Positions 49,736 through 60,392 of a stretch of DNA of 64,000 bases are shown here, one piece after another. Source of the stretch: Terriglobia bacterium. GTDB taxonomy: Bacteria > Acidobacteriota > Terriglobia > JAJPHL01 > JAPKYU01. Numbering within the stretch: position 1 is the first letter of the stretch; every line of letters begins with the position of its first letter. Location of the stretch: NCBI GenBank assembly GCA_965223005.1, contig CBDCVK010000010.1, forward strand, positions 960,001 to 1,024,000, given 5' to 3'. The position numbers and the translations under genes are program-made. The notes beneath the pieces were generated by a model. That model was given only the letters and a program-made list of their open reading frames with translations. It did no database searches and had not been told where the DNA came from.

Positions 49736-50197
49736 ATGGCTAAAGGAAAACCCACTCATGCCCAGGGGCAACTGCAACTGCAACTGTACGATTTGCGGCG
49801 GGAGGCCAGGATTCGCCAAGCCCGAGAGTGGTACCTCGAAAACTTCTTTCCCGAGACCATGGAAGACCTACAGCGGCTGGCCCCGCCGTTCTCTCAGGAA
49901 AACGTCTCTATGCGCATGGTAGTCAGCTATTGGGACCAGGCTTGCCTGTTGCTGAACAACGGCCTGCTGCATGAAGAGCTGTTCTTTCAAACCGGCGGCG
50001 AGTTCTTTCGGGTGTGGGAGCGCATGGAGCCGCTGGTGGGTGCTATGCGGCAAGGATTCCGCAACCCTCACATGTTCTCGAACCTGGAGAAGGCGGCACA
50101 ACGCTACAAGAAATGGTCCGAGCGGCGGGCCCCCGGTTCGCTGGAGACGATGCGGCAATACATGCAGCAATCGCGCAAAGCAGCGGCGGCCGATTGA
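49736..50197 (+). CDS. Hypothetical protein (DUF4760-like)
   Basis: GGAGGAGG RBS; LQLYDLRRE..R.AR.W, VVSYWD. Confidence 0.8.
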   Translation: MAKGKPTHAQGQLQLQLYDLRREARIRQAREWYLENFFPETMEDLQRLAPPFSQENVSMRMVVSYWDQACLLLNNGLLHEELFFQTGGEFFRVWERMEPLVGAMRQGFRNPHMFSNLEKAAQRYKKWSERRAPGSLETMRQYMQQSRKAAAAD

Positions 50198-50293
50198 AAC
50201 GTCGACCCGATGTTAGTCCACCTGCGCTCAAGCGGTCAGAGCGCGCAGGCGCAAAGCGATATTCGACCCCTTTGTGAAGGAGGAGAACGGAAC

Positions 50294-50872
50294 ATGAAGC
50301 GAGCAGCCTTGAGTGCTCTAGTCCTGGTTTGTCTGTTGGGCTCCGGTGCGGTTGGGGAGTTCGCCAGCGCTGGCGAGTCTCATTCGCCACCGAAGGCCAC
50401 CGGGTTCCGCGCCGAGTTCCTTAACCAACTCGACGGGGTGGAAAAGAAGCTCCTAGACCTTGCTGAGGCCATGCCCGAGGAGAAATACACCTGGCGGCCG
50501 GGGGAGGGAGTCCGGTCGGTGAGCGAGGCCTACATGCACGTGGCTGGGGCGAACTTCTTCCTGACGGGGATGATTGGCGTCGATCCCCCGGCCGACGTGG
50601 GTCGCGACCTGGAGAAAATCACCGACAAGGCCAAGGTCCTGGAGTTGCTGAAACAGTCATTTGAGCATGTCCGTCAGGCGGCGCTGAAGACCCCCGACGC
50701 TGAGATGGACAAGCCGGTGAAGATGTTTGGCCGTCAGACCACCGTGCGGGGCGTGTTCCTACTACTGGCCTTGCACCAGCACGAGCATCTGGGCCAGGCG
50801 ATCGCCTACGCGCGGATGAATAGCATTGTGCCGCCGTGGAGCGCGGCACGCCAGCGCCAAGAAGGCGAGTGA
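50294..50872 (+). CDS. DinB/YfiT family exported protein
   Basis: Signal peptide; LAEAMPEEKY.WRP, MHVA, HQHEHLGQ...Y.R....VPPW. Confidence 0.9.
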   Translation: MKRAALSALVLVCLLGSGAVGEFASAGESHSPPKATGFRAEFLNQLDGVEKKLLDLAEAMPEEKYTWRPGEGVRSVSEAYMHVAGANFFLTGMIGVDPPADVGRDLEKITDKAKVLELLKQSFEHVRQAALKTPDAEMDKPVKMFGRQTTVRGVFLLLALHQHEHLGQAIAYARMNSIVPPWSAARQRQEGE

Positions 50873-50898
50873 CGAGGTTCGCCAACGGACGTCCATCT

Positions 50899-50951
50899 CT
50901 GGAAACACATCTGGTGCTGGAAACACAAACCTGGCGCTGGAATACGACCTG
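50899..50951. repeat. Imperfect 18-20-bp tandem repeat x3
   Basis: ctggaaacacatctggtg / ctggaaacacaaacctggcg / ctggaatacgacctg. Confidence 0.7.
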
Positions 50952-50957
50952 CAGCTT

Positions 50958-52019
50958 TCAGCGGACGTAGTCGCCGGACAGGCCCCAGAAGTCTTTGGCG
51001 TAATAGGAAGAGAGGACGTTGCCGAACAGGTAGCAGATCGCGTGGCAGGCGGGAATGTCGCCGTACATTTTCTTGCCACGTGCAAAGACTTTCGTGAAGG
51101 ATCCCTCCCGGAGCAGGTTCCCGCCGATTTTCTTCAGCGGTTCGCAGGGATAAAACACATCGCCGTTGGGATACACGCGGGGGAACATGGTGGGGAAGCA
51201 CTGAAAGTCTCCGAACTCGAGCAGAGTGCGGATCAGCTTGGGGGTGCCGTTGATGGTCTGGAGTTTCTGGCGGCGGCGCTCGATGATCCTGTCCACTAGT
51301 TGCCGGTAGCGTGGGCTGGCGAGCAGCCGCAGGTTCGGCATCTTGTCTTTCAGCGCGGTCTGGGTGGCGAAGACGAACCCGTGCTCGCCACAGTAGTCCA
51401 GGATGCGCTCGATCTCCGCGATGTTCCACTCCTCGATCACGGTACTGACGGTGATGGTGCCCGGCGAAGGCATACGCGAGCGGGCCAGTTGCAGATTCTC
51501 CAGCACCTTGGGCACCACCGCCGACTTCGACATGGGCAGGCGGGTGTCCATGGCGAGCGCGTCCAGGCTGACCACCAGGCCGGTGAGCGAGTCGAACAGC
51601 TTTTGGCGGCGGTGCAGCAACGTGCCGTTGGTGACCAGCAGGACCGAACGAAACCGGATGTCGTGCCTGGCGGCGTCGGCCAGATCTTCCATGTCGTTGC
51701 GCAGCAGGGGCTCGCCGCCGGTGAACAGAATCGAATCGGTTTCTCGGCGCATGATGCCGAGCAGCCGGATCGTGTCTGCGGTGGACAGCTCGTCGCTAAA
51801 TACGTCCGGTTCCTTCTGCGTGCAGTAGGTGCAGGCCAGGTTGCACTTGTGGGTCACGTAGAGCACCGCGGCATAGGGGGCAATGACGTTCGTGCGCAGT
51901 ATCTTACGGCGGTACAGGTTCTGGAAGTAGTGCCGGAAATTCTTCAGTGCAAACGGAGCATGGCGCACCAGGCCTCGCAGCAGGGTGATGCCCAAGCGCT
52001 GGGTTTTCCCATTGTGCAT
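50958..52019 (-). CDS. Radical SAM protein with C-terminal Cys-rich (twitch/SPASM-like) domain
   Basis: CNLACTYC, TGGEPLL, TNGTL, VSLD; C...GDV.YPC...CHAIC. Confidence 0.92.
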   Translation of the reverse strand: MHNGKTQRLGITLLRGLVRHAPFALKNFRHYFQNLYRRKILRTNVIAPYAAVLYVTHKCNLACTYCTQKEPDVFSDELSTADTIRLLGIMRRETDSILFTGGEPLLRNDMEDLADAARHDIRFRSVLLVTNGTLLHRRQKLFDSLTGLVVSLDALAMDTRLPMSKSAVVPKVLENLQLARSRMPSPGTITVSTVIEEWNIAEIERILDYCGEHGFVFATQTALKDKMPNLRLLASPRYRQLVDRIIERRRQKLQTINGTPKLIRTLLEFGDFQCFPTMFPRVYPNGDVFYPCEPLKKIGGNLLREGSFTKVFARGKKMYGDIPACHAICYLFGNVLSSYYAKDFWGLSGDYVR

Positions 52020-52218
52020 GCAGCCCGAAGTTTAGCCGATTCGGGGTACAGCGAGCGGGCTCCCCAAGCTTCTTACAGCGAATGGAATCAAACGGGGAGC
52101 GACGCAGGCGGATCCTGTCGGGGCAGTTGACTTGAGCGTCGAACCGAGGTCTAATCGAGACCCCCGACGGCTCAGCGGAACGACTCCCCCCCAATAAGCT
52201 GAATCGCGACCGACCCTC

Positions 52219-52737
52219 ATGACAGAGCCCATCGAGCTGGAGTTCTCCTACACGGATGAGGACCTCAAGCACATCTGGGCGATCGTGCCACGACGCGACA
52301 GCGGGCCGCTCAGAAGAAAAGCCATTCTAGTAGCCCTGCCCGTACTCATTTATCAACTCGTTTTCTCAGGTTGGACTTGGGTAACCGCCCTGTTGACGGT
52401 CATCGTGATCGCGTGGACGTTGGACTTGGTGTTTTCCCGACGGCGGCCACTGCTGACTCCCAAGCGAGCCGCCGATACACCGGTCCGCCTACGAGCCAAT
52501 CAGGAAGGATTCCGGTTTTCCAAAGGTGCGTCGGAGTGGTCGTCGCGATGGGACCAGTGCGGAGAGATTCATGAGGGTCGGGATGGGTTCCTGATCACCG
52601 GGAAACGGCCCGTCTACATTCCCAAGAGGGCTTTTACGAAACCGGAAGCTGCAGAGCAATTCCGAGAGCTGTCGCGGTCGGAGTGCAAGCAATTTGTCGA
52701 AAATCGAGGTCAAAGCACGCCATTCGCCGCGGGATGA
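52219..52737 (+). CDS. YcxB-like membrane protein
   Basis: Two TM helices, then W....EI.E....F.I...YIPKRAF. Confidence 0.75.
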   Translation: MTEPIELEFSYTDEDLKHIWAIVPRRDSGPLRRKAILVALPVLIYQLVFSGWTWVTALLTVIVIAWTLDLVFSRRRPLLTPKRAADTPVRLRANQEGFRFSKGASEWSSRWDQCGEIHEGRDGFLITGKRPVYIPKRAFTKPEAAEQFRELSRSECKQFVENRGQSTPFAAG

Positions 52738-52781
52738 CCAAAAAGCTCCGAGAGCCCCGTCATCCCCGTAACGACTGATTT

Positions 52782-54383
52782 CTAGCCGATTTCGACGGCG
52801 CGCACGAAACGGACCGCAGGGATTCTACGCAGCTCCGCCAACACCGAGTTGGGCACGCGGGGGCCGTCGTAATGGATCACGGCCACGGCCTCAACCGGGC
52901 CCTTGCGGCGGCTGCTATTCTCACGGCGTCCCAGAGAGAAGTTGGCGATGTTGACCCGGCGCCGGCCCAGCAGCGTCCCGATGCGCCCGATGACTCCGGG
53001 GACGTCGGTGTTCTTGAAGAACAGCAGATTGCCAGTGAGCGGCGCCTCGATGTGGATGCCGTCCACCGCCAGCAAGCGCGGGAAGGGATTGTGCAGCAGC
53101 ACCGTCCCCTCGGCTACCGCTTCGGCGCGATCTGTTTGCAGACTGATCCGCACGGAGTCGGTGAATTCAGCTCGACTGCTGCTGCGGCTCTCTTCCAACC
53201 GCATACCCCGATCGGCCGCGATGGAGGCGGCATTCACGAGGTTGGCCTTTTCCGCCAGCACCCGGTTCAGCATGCCTTTCAGCACCGCGTTGCGGAGCAG
53301 GCTGGTGTTCATCTCCGCCAGTTTGCCAAAGTAGGCGATGCGGACTGCGAGCTGGTTTCCCTCGGCGATTTGGGCCAGAAGCGCTCCCAGGCGTTCGGCC
53401 AGTTGCAGGTGCGGCTGCAGCTTACGGTATTCGTCGGGCGAAGGCGCTGGCACGTTCACCGCGTTGATGATGACCCCGTGCTTGAGATACTCGCGCACCT
53501 GCTCCGCGATGCGATAGCCGACCACCTCCTGGGCCTCCTCAGTGGAACCGGCGATGTGCGGCGTGGCAATCACTTGCGGCAACGACGCCAGGGGGTGATT
53601 GGGCAACGGCGGCTCCTGGTTGAAGACGTCGAGGGCCGCGCCGGCCACCTTACCGGCTCGGATCGCCTCGGCCAGGTCGCGCTCGTTGATCACCTCGCCC
53701 CGGGCGCAGTTGATGATCCGCACGCCTGGCTTCATGCGGGCCAGAGTGGCGGCGTTAATCAGGCCGGCCGTTTCCGGGGTGAGCGTCACGTGGAGGCTGA
53801 TGTAGTCGCTCCCCGCCAGCAGCCGCTTCAGGCTGACCAGCTCCGCGTTGGCCTCCGAGGCCACCACCGGGGTGACATAGGGGTCGTGGGCTAGCACCTT
53901 CATCTCCAAGGCGCGCGCCCGTTTGGCGACCTCCACCCCTGTGCGGCCCAGGCCCACGATGCCCAGCGTCTTCTCGCGCAGTTCGCGGCCCATGAACTGC
54001 TTCTTTTCCCAGCGGCCTTGCTTGACCGACTGGTTGGCCTGAGGGATCGCGCGCGCCAGCGTGAACATCAGGGCCAAGGTGTGCTCGGCGACGCTGACGG
54101 CGTTGCCGCCCGGCGTGTTCAGCACCAGCACACCCCGTTTGGTGGCCGCCTCCAGGTCCACATTGTCCACGCCCACGCCGGCTCGTCCCACCACCCGCAG
54201 GCTTGGCGCCCGTTCCAGCACTTCGGTTGTAACCTGGACGCCCCCGCGCAAGATGAGCGCGTCGGCATCCTTCAGCGCCCGCGGCAGCTCCTCGGTGCTG
54301 GGAGTTTCTACGACCTTCCAGCGCTCCGATTTCAGCAACTCGATGCCGCGACGGGAAATCTTATCGGCGACGACGACCTTCAT
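52782..54383 (-). CDS. serA: D-3-phosphoglycerate dehydrogenase
   Basis: [34 protein letters not shown]-terminal ACT domain. Confidence 0.96.
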   Translation of the reverse strand: MKVVVADKISRRGIELLKSERWKVVETPSTEELPRALKDADALILRGGVQVTTEVLERAPSLRVVGRAGVGVDNVDLEAATKRGVLVLNTPGGNAVSVAEHTLALMFTLARAIPQANQSVKQGRWEKKQFMGRELREKTLGIVGLGRTGVEVAKRARALEMKVLAHDPYVTPVVASEANAELVSLKRLLAGSDYISLHVTLTPETAGLINAATLARMKPGVRIINCARGEVINERDLAEAIRAGKVAGAALDVFNQEPPLPNHPLASLPQVIATPHIAGSTEEAQEVVGYRIAEQVREYLKHGVIINAVNVPAPSPDEYRKLQPHLQLAERLGALLAQIAEGNQLAVRIAYFGKLAEMNTSLLRNAVLKGMLNRVLAEKANLVNAASIAADRGMRLEESRSSSRAEFTDSVRISLQTDRAEAVAEGTVLLHNPFPRLLAVDGIHIEAPLTGNLLFFKNTDVPGVIGRIGTLLGRRRVNIANFSLGRRENSSRRKGPVEAVAVIHYDGPRVPNSVLAELRRIPAVRFVRAVEIG

Positions 54384-55540
54384 TCGGTTTTCTCGGCCTC
54401 GCGCAAGTAAATTTCTTGGGCGGCGCGCACCCCCGCTCCCAACGACACCGGCACGTGCAGCGTCTGGAGCGCGATCTCCAGGGAGGCCAGCAGGCCTAGC
54501 GTTTCGGAAAGATCGACGTAGCCCAGGTGAGCGATGCGAAAGATGCAGCCTTTGAGGCTGCTTTGTCCGTTGGCTAGCGCCAGGCCGAATTGCGACCGCA
54601 CCTGCTGGAGGATGGCGCCCGAGTCCAGGCCCTCGGGCGCGCAGACGGCCGTGATGGCGTCCGAAGGAGAGTCCGGAGCAAACAACTTCAGGCCGAGCGC
54701 TCTTACCGCCGCCCGGGTGGCTTCGGCCAGCAAGTGCGCGTTGGCTATCAGGCGCTCGCGGCCCAGCTCGCGCACGTAGCGCAAGACTTCCGCCAGACCC
54801 AGCACCAGAGCGGTAGCCGGGGTGAAGGCGGCTTCGCCGTTCTGCGCAGCGCTGCGTTCCTTGCGAAAGTCAAAGTAGTAACGCGGCAGCCGGGCAGTCT
54901 CCATGCGTCGCCAGGCGCGCTCGCTGACGCTGGCAAAGGCCAGCCCGGGTGGAATCATCAGTGCCTTCTGCGAACCGCTGATCACCACGTCCAGGCCCCA
55001 GCCGTCGACGTCGAGCGCAGTGGTGCCCAGGCCGGTGACGGCGTCCACCACCATCAGAGGGTCGCCCGGGGCCCGGCGTGCCGCCTCGGCGATGCCACGC
55101 ACATCCTGGCGGACCCCAGTGGAGCTTTCCGTGGCCTGGATGAAGACGCCGCGGAATTCACCGGCGCGCATCTTCTCAGCCACCGCGGCTGCCGGCACCG
55201 CCTGGCCGTAGGGCGCGGCCACGCATTCCACCTCCAGCCCGAAGGCATTCGCCAGTTCCACCCAGCGCTCACCGAACTTGCCCGAGGTAGCGACCAGGAC
55301 GCGCTCGCCGGCGGAGAACAGGTTGGAAATGGCTGCCTCCATGGCGCCGGTCCCGGAACTGGTGAACAGGATCACCTGGTTCTCGGTCCCGTAGAAATAC
55401 TTCAAGTCCTCCAGAACGTTGCGGAAAATGCGGCGGAATTCGGCGCTGCGGTGGTGCAGATCGGCTGCCGCCAGCGCCTGCCGGGCCTCCGGCAACAGGG
55501 GTGTCGGCCCGGGAGTGAAAAGCCGTGGCTTACGAATCAT
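54380..55540 (-). CDS. Class V PLP aminotransferase (probable phosphoserine aminotransferase role)
   Basis: [26 protein letters not shown]; overlaps serA start. Confidence 0.9.
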   Translation of the reverse strand: MIRKPRLFTPGPTPLLPEARQALAAADLHHRSAEFRRIFRNVLEDLKYFYGTENQVILFTSSGTGAMEAAISNLFSAGERVLVATSGKFGERWVELANAFGLEVECVAAPYGQAVPAAAVAEKMRAGEFRGVFIQATESSTGVRQDVRGIAEAARRAPGDPLMVVDAVTGLGTTALDVDGWGLDVVISGSQKALMIPPGLAFASVSERAWRRMETARLPRYYFDFRKERSAAQNGEAAFTPATALVLGLAEVLRYVRELGRERLIANAHLLAEATRAAVRALGLKLFAPDSPSDAITAVCAPEGLDSGAILQQVRSQFGLALANGQSSLKGCIFRIAHLGYVDLSETLGLLASLEIALQTLHVPVSLGAGVRAAQEIYLREAEKTE

Positions 55541-55606
55541 GAAGATTCACCTGAGGAACGCCAAGAAGAGCCGTAGACAAGTTAGAATAACACACCGGTC
55601 GACACC

Positions 55607-56059
55607 ATGACGATTCAGGAGCGCGTTCAAGCAGAACTGGCCGACGCCATGCGTCGAAAGGACGAACTGCGTCTGAGTGTCCTGCGCATGATGAAAACCG
55701 CAGTTCGCAACCGGGAGGTGGAGAAGCGCAAACCGCTGGACGAGACCGAATGCCAGCAGGCGTTCTCCATGCTGATCAAGCAACGCCGCGATTCCGTCGA
55801 GCAGTACCGCAAAGGCGGGCGCGAGGAGCTTGCCGAAAAGGAAGAAGCTGAAATCCGCATCCTGGAAGAGTATCTGCCCGCCCCGGTCAGCGAGTCGGAG
55901 TTGGAAGCGGCCATCGAGGCTGCGGTTGCGGAAACCGGCGCGACCTCCGCGAAACAGGTGGGTGCGGTCATGAAAGCCGCGATGGCCCGGCTGGCGGGCC
56001 GTCGGGCGGACGGCAAGCAGGTCAATGAGAAGGTGCGCGCCCGGCTGAGCAGCCAGTAG
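55607..56059 (+). CDS. yqeY: GatB/YqeY domain protein
   Basis: AMRRKD..RL..LRM.K, KQRRDS..QY..GGR..LA.KE..E, G.VMK. Confidence 0.93.
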   Translation: MTIQERVQAELADAMRRKDELRLSVLRMMKTAVRNREVEKRKPLDETECQQAFSMLIKQRRDSVEQYRKGGREELAEKEEAEIRILEEYLPAPVSESELEAAIEAAVAETGATSAKQVGAVMKAAMARLAGRRADGKQVNEKVRARLSSQ

Positions 56060-56126
56060 GCAATAGGCAGTACGCAGCAGGCAGTCGGCAAACCGAGTGC
56101 CTATTCCTGCTCCTTACTGCCTACTG
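56054..56126. repeat. Heptamer repeat with inverted second half
   Basis: cagtagg caatagg cagtacg cagcagg cagtcgg ... tgcctat tcctgct ccttact gcctactg. Confidence 0.75.
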
Positions 56127-56248
56127 AAAGCCAAAAAGGGGGTCGCTGATGGGACGTTTGCCAGCTTGACCCTCCCCTGCGCCAATGGTAACGTGCCACG
56201 CTTGCGCACGCTGCCACGGCCCGCGCGGCAGCCCCGAAGGAGCATGCC

Positions 56249-58414
56249 ATGGCTGAGAAGGTCCAGGTGACACCGGCGTCGGCGGAATCGGCGGCGGCCG
56301 CTTTCAAGCCCTATGTGTCGCCCCAGGAGTCGCCTGCGGAGTTCACGGTCAAGGCGGTGATCTTAGGCGCCTTCTTTGGGCTCGTTTTCGGGGCGGTCAC
56401 CGTCTACCTGGCCTTGCGGGCGGGGCTGACGGTGAGCGCCTCGGTCCCCATCGCCGTGCTGGCCATCGCTCTGTTCAAGCGCCTGGGGCGAGCCACCATC
56501 CTGGAAAACAACATTGTGCAAACGGCGGGCTCGGCGGGCGAGTCCATTGCCGCCGGCGTCGTCTTTACCCTGCCGGCACTGATTTTCCTGGGGTTCGCCG
56601 AATACTTCACGCCCTCGCGCATCTTCCTGGTCGCGCTGGTAGGCGGCTGCCTGGGCGTGCTGTTCATGATCCCGCTGCGGCGCTACCTGATCGTGAAGGA
56701 GCACGGCAATCTCACCTATCCGGAAGGAACCGCCTGCGCCGACGTGCTGGTGGCCGGCGAGCGCGGTGGCTCCTTCGCCGGCAGGGTCTTCTGGGGGCTG
56801 GGCATCGGAGCGGTCTACAAGTTCCTGATGGAGGGCTTGCAGTTGTGGAAAGACACGCCCATCTATCAGCCGCGCTGGTATCCGGGTGGCACGGTGGCTG
56901 GCAACATCACTCCGGAATACCTGGGGGTGGGCTACATCATTGGGCCGCGAATCGCGGGCACGATCATTGCCGGAGGCGTGCTGTCCTGGCTGGTGCTGAT
57001 TCCGGCCATCAAGTTTTTCGGCGGAAACCTCACGACGCCCATCTTCCCCGGCACCATTCCCATCGCCGAGATGAGTGCCGCCCAGATCTGGCACAACTAC
57101 ATCCGCCCGATCGGCGCGGGCGCGGTGGCCATGGCGGGACTGTTCACAGTGTGGCGCACTATCCCCACCATTGTGGAGTCGTTCCGCGCCGGCGTGCGCG
57201 ATCTGCTGGCGGGCCGTGAAGGACGGGAGGAACGCGAAGCCCGCCTGCGCACCGACCAGGACCTGCCCCTGACACTGGTGTTGGGCGGCTCACTGGTGAT
57301 GCTGGTCGTGATCTGGGGGCTGCTGCAGTTCAACATCAATCCTGGCGCTCCGCTCGGCAACCTGATCGCCGCCGTCCTGATGGTGGTCTTCGGGTTTCTC
57401 TTCGTCACCGTGTCCTCACGGGTGGTGGGCATCATCGGCAGCTCGGCCAACCCGATTTCCGGCATGACCATTGCGACGCTGATGGCCACCTCGCTGCTGT
57501 TTCTACTGGTGGGCTGGACCGGGGGCGTCTTCCCCGCCGTGGCGCTATCTATTGGGGCAGTCGTGTGCATTGCCGCTGCCAACGGCGGAGCTACTTCGCA
57601 GGATCTGAAGACCGGCTTCCTGGTGGGCGGCACACCGTGGCGCATGCAGCTCGCCTTGATCGTAGGGACGGTGGTTTCGGTGATGGTGATCGGCTACACG
57701 ATCACCTACCTGAACCAATCGGAAACCCGGGTGCGCGAAACTACTCTTGCCGTGGATGCGCCCGCGCTGGCGGAAGCCAAATCCGAGGGCACGGTGGAAT
57801 ACCAGGGCCGGCAGTATCAACGGCTGACGGTGATCGGCTCCCACCAGGTTCCCGACGGCACCTACTACGCCGATCCGGCCACCGGCCAGGTCCAGTATCA
57901 ACTGGTGCACGGCATCGGCTCCGAGCGGCTGCCGGCGCCGCAGGCGCTGTTGATGTCCACGGTGATCAACGGCATCCTCAACCAAAACTTGCCGTGGCGC
58001 CTGGTGCTGTTGGGCGTGTTCCTGGTGATCGTGGTCGAATTGCTCGGGGTGCGCTCGCTGGCGTTTGCAGTGGGCACCTACCTGCCGATCTCCACCAGCG
58101 CCGCTATTTTTGGCGGCGGCGCGGTGCGCTGGCTTGTGGACCGCAACCGCAAACCGGCTGCCGCGGCCGGGGCACACGGCGAAAGCGAGGTGGGCAGCGG
58201 GGAGCTGTTCGGCTCGGGCCTGATTGCCGCCGGTGCGCTGGTGGGTCTGCTGGTCATCGCCCCCATCCGCGCCAATAAGTTGGAGGAAAAGTTTGCGATC
58301 GGGCCTGGGATTTTGGGCGACTTTGCCACCAGCAACCCGATGGCGCTGGTCATGTTCCTGCTGCTGGCTCTCGTCCTCTATCTGTTCGCCCGCAAACCTC
58401 TGGATCAGGCTTAG
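56249..58414 (+). CDS. OPT family oligopeptide transporter
   Basis: LENNIVQTAGSAGES, YPEGTACA, NPISGMTI, SQDLKTG, APQA.LM. Confidence 0.95.
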   Translation: MAEKVQVTPASAESAAAAFKPYVSPQESPAEFTVKAVILGAFFGLVFGAVTVYLALRAGLTVSASVPIAVLAIALFKRLGRATILENNIVQTAGSAGESIAAGVVFTLPALIFLGFAEYFTPSRIFLVALVGGCLGVLFMIPLRRYLIVKEHGNLTYPEGTACADVLVAGERGGSFAGRVFWGLGIGAVYKFLMEGLQLWKDTPIYQPRWYPGGTVAGNITPEYLGVGYIIGPRIAGTIIAGGVLSWLVLIPAIKFFGGNLTTPIFPGTIPIAEMSAAQIWHNYIRPIGAGAVAMAGLFTVWRTIPTIVESFRAGVRDLLAGREGREEREARLRTDQDLPLTLVLGGSLVMLVVIWGLLQFNINPGAPLGNLIAAVLMVVFGFLFVTVSSRVVGIIGSSANPISGMTIATLMATSLLFLLVGWTGGVFPAVALSIGAVVCIAAANGGATSQDLKTGFLVGGTPWRMQLALIVGTVVSVMVIGYTITYLNQSETRVRETTLAVDAPALAEAKSEGTVEYQGRQYQRLTVIGSHQVPDGTYYADPATGQVQYQLVHGIGSERLPAPQALLMSTVINGILNQNLPWRLVLLGVFLVIVVELLGVRSLAFAVGTYLPISTSAAIFGGGAVRWLVDRNRKPAAAAGAHGESEVGSGELFGSGLIAAGALVGLLVIAPIRANKLEEKFAIGPGILGDFATSNPMALVMFLLLALVLYLFARKPLDQA

Positions 58415-58436
58415 CGAGCTACCGGCTGAGGGCCGG

Positions 58437-59039
58437 CTATTTGCCGACCCGCTCGATGGTGACTTTTTTCAGCGTCACCCGAGTGAGGGGTTTGTCTCTG
58501 CCGTCGCGCGGTACTCGCGCAATCTTGTTCACCAGGCTTTGGCCGCTGACTACCTGGCCAAAGATCGTGTGCTTTCCGTTCAGGCCTGGGGTGGGAACCT
58601 CGGTGATGAAGAACTGGCTGCCATTGGTGTTCGGACCGCTGTTGGCCATTGCCAGCCTGCCGCGGCGGTTGAACTTCAAGCTCGACACGAACTCATCTTC
58701 AAACTTGTAGCCGGGCCCGCCGAAGCCTGTGCCCGCCGGGTCGCCGCCCTGGATCATGAATCTGGGCATGACCCGATGGAAGATGGTGCGGGTGTAGAGC
58801 GGCGTCTTTTTCTTGGCCCTGGTCACCGGGTGGGTCCATCCCTTGGTGCCGGTCGCCAGGCCGATGAAGTTGGCCACCGTTTTCGGGGCCTGCTTCTCGT
58901 AAAGCTCGCAGACGATCTCACCCATCGAGGTGTGGAAGGTGGCGTAGACGCCGGGGGAGCGCTTCTTCTGCGCCAGCGCCGTGGTTGCCAGCCCCAGCGC
59001 AATTGCAAGCGCAATTGCAAAGATCAGCCCTCTTTTCAT
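58437..59039 (-). CDS. Exported cyclophilin-type peptidyl-prolyl isomerase
   Basis: FHRVMPRFMIQGGD, LAMANSGPNTNGSQFFIT, HTIFGQV; GGAGG RBS before ATG 59039. Confidence 0.96.
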   Translation of the reverse strand: MKRGLIFAIALAIALGLATTALAQKKRSPGVYATFHTSMGEIVCELYEKQAPKTVANFIGLATGTKGWTHPVTRAKKKTPLYTRTIFHRVMPRFMIQGGDPAGTGFGGPGYKFEDEFVSSLKFNRRGRLAMANSGPNTNGSQFFITEVPTPGLNGKHTIFGQVVSGQSLVNKIARVPRDGRDKPLTRVTLKKVTIERVGK

Positions 59040-59066
59040 AGTTCCTCCAGATTTGAATTGCGGCAC

Positions 59067-59095
59067 TGACAATTAAACCATGACAATTAAACCAT
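59067..59095. repeat. Perfect 14-bp AT-rich tandem duplication
   Basis: tgacaattaaacca x2. Confidence 0.9.
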
Positions 59096-59132
59096 CGACG
59101 ATGGAATAAGGAAAGAACTGCCTGACAGCTGG

Positions 59133-60392
59133 TCAATCATCCGGTGGCCGGTCATGCAATCTAACCTGTTCGACGCGCTCCATGACGCGCAGCAGGTTGC
59201 CGCCGAGAATTTTTACTAGGTCCGGCTCCGAGTAGCCGCGCCGCAGCAGTTCGGCGGTGAGGTGCGGCAACTGGGAGACGTCCTCCATGCCGCGCGGCAT
59301 GGTCGCACCGTCGAAGTCCGAGCCGAGCCCCACGTGGTCCACGCCCACCAGCTTCACCACGTGGTCAATGTGGTCGGCGATGCGCTCCACACCCGGCCGG
59401 GGCAGGCGGGCGTCGAAGGTCAGCTCCAGTCGGAGCTTCTCGCGGGCCAGCCGGGCTGGGTCAGCCTTCCACTTCTGCTCCAGCCGGCGCTCCTGCTGCC
59501 GAAACTCCGCGCTCACCTTATTCCAGGCTGTCGTGTAGTTGGCGTCCAGAAACGCGGAGTAAAAATTGATCTGGATGAGGCCGCCGTTTTCGGCCAGCGC
59601 TCGGATCATTGCGTCGGTCATGTTGCGCGGCACATTCGCCAGCGCCCTGCAGGAGCTGTGGCTGGCGATGACCGGGGCCTGCGTCACCTCCAAGGCGTCG
59701 TAGAAGGTTCGGTCCGAGACGTGGGATATGTCCACCATCATGCCCAGCCGGTTCATGCGAGCGACGATGGCGCGGCCCTTCTCGTTCAACCCGCGCTTGC
59801 GGCCGGCATCGCCGGAGGAGCCGGCCCAGGAGGTGGAAATGGACCAGGTGAGGGTCATGTAGCGGACACCCAGCCGGTAGAAAACGTCGAGCACGCGCGG
59901 CTTGTCTTCGATGGCGTGTCCGCCTTCAACACCCATCAACGCGGCCAGCTTGCCGGCGGCATGAACGCGGCGGATGTCGTCCGCCGTGCGCGCCAGCTCC
60001 AGCTCGCTCGAGTGGCGCTCCACCTGGTCCAGCACGGCGTCAATTTGCGTCAGGGCCTGCCGCAAGTAATGCGGCTTGTAGCTGGGGCGCACCCAGATGG
60101 AAAAAAAGACGGCATCCAGGCCACCCTCGCGCATGCGGGGCAGGTCCAGATGGCCGTCCGGGTCGCGGAGGCTCAGGTCCAGGTTCTCTTCCACCAGGCG
60201 CTTCGTGGTGTCGGCGTGGGTGTCAATGACGATTGCGCGGCGGTGAATCTGTCGCGCCTGGCTCAGGCTGTCCCTCGGTTGCGGATTGCGGACTTCAGGT
60301 TTCGAATTTCGCGTTTCGGATTCCGGATCTGCTGGGCGGCAGGCCAGAACAATGAGCGCCAGGAGGAATAAAAGGACAACGGACCGAATCAT
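59133..60392 (-). CDS. Membrane dipeptidase (peptidase M19) lipoprotein
   Basis: Lipobox VLAC; DTHAD, GVEGGH, DISH, ASHS, VGLGSDFDG; start refined to 60392. Confidence 0.93.
   Translation of the reverse strand: MIRSVVLLFLLALIVLACRPADPESETRNSKPEVRNPQPRDSLSQARQIHRRAIVIDTHADTTKRLVEENLDLSLRDPDGHLDLPRMREGGLDAVFFSIWVRPSYKPHYLRQALTQIDAVLDQVERHSSELELARTADDIRRVHAAGKLAALMGVEGGHAIEDKPRVLDVFYRLGVRYMTLTWSISTSWAGSSGDAGRKRGLNEKGRAIVARMNRLGMMVDISHVSDRTFYDALEVTQAPVIASHSSCRALANVPRNMTDAMIRALAENGGLIQINFYSAFLDANYTTAWNKVSAEFRQQERRLEQKWKADPARLAREKLRLELTFDARLPRPGVERIADHIDHVVKLVGVDHVGLGSDFDGATMPRGMEDVSQLPHLTAELLRRGYSEPDLVKILGGNLLRVMERVEQVRLHDRPPDD

Noticed and set aside
52219-52781. Integron cassettes for isolated genes at 4743 and 52219 (shared cccgtcatcc downstream)
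   Set aside because: No RYYYAAC...GTTRRRY attC structure and no integrase; a 10-bp match is expected by chance.
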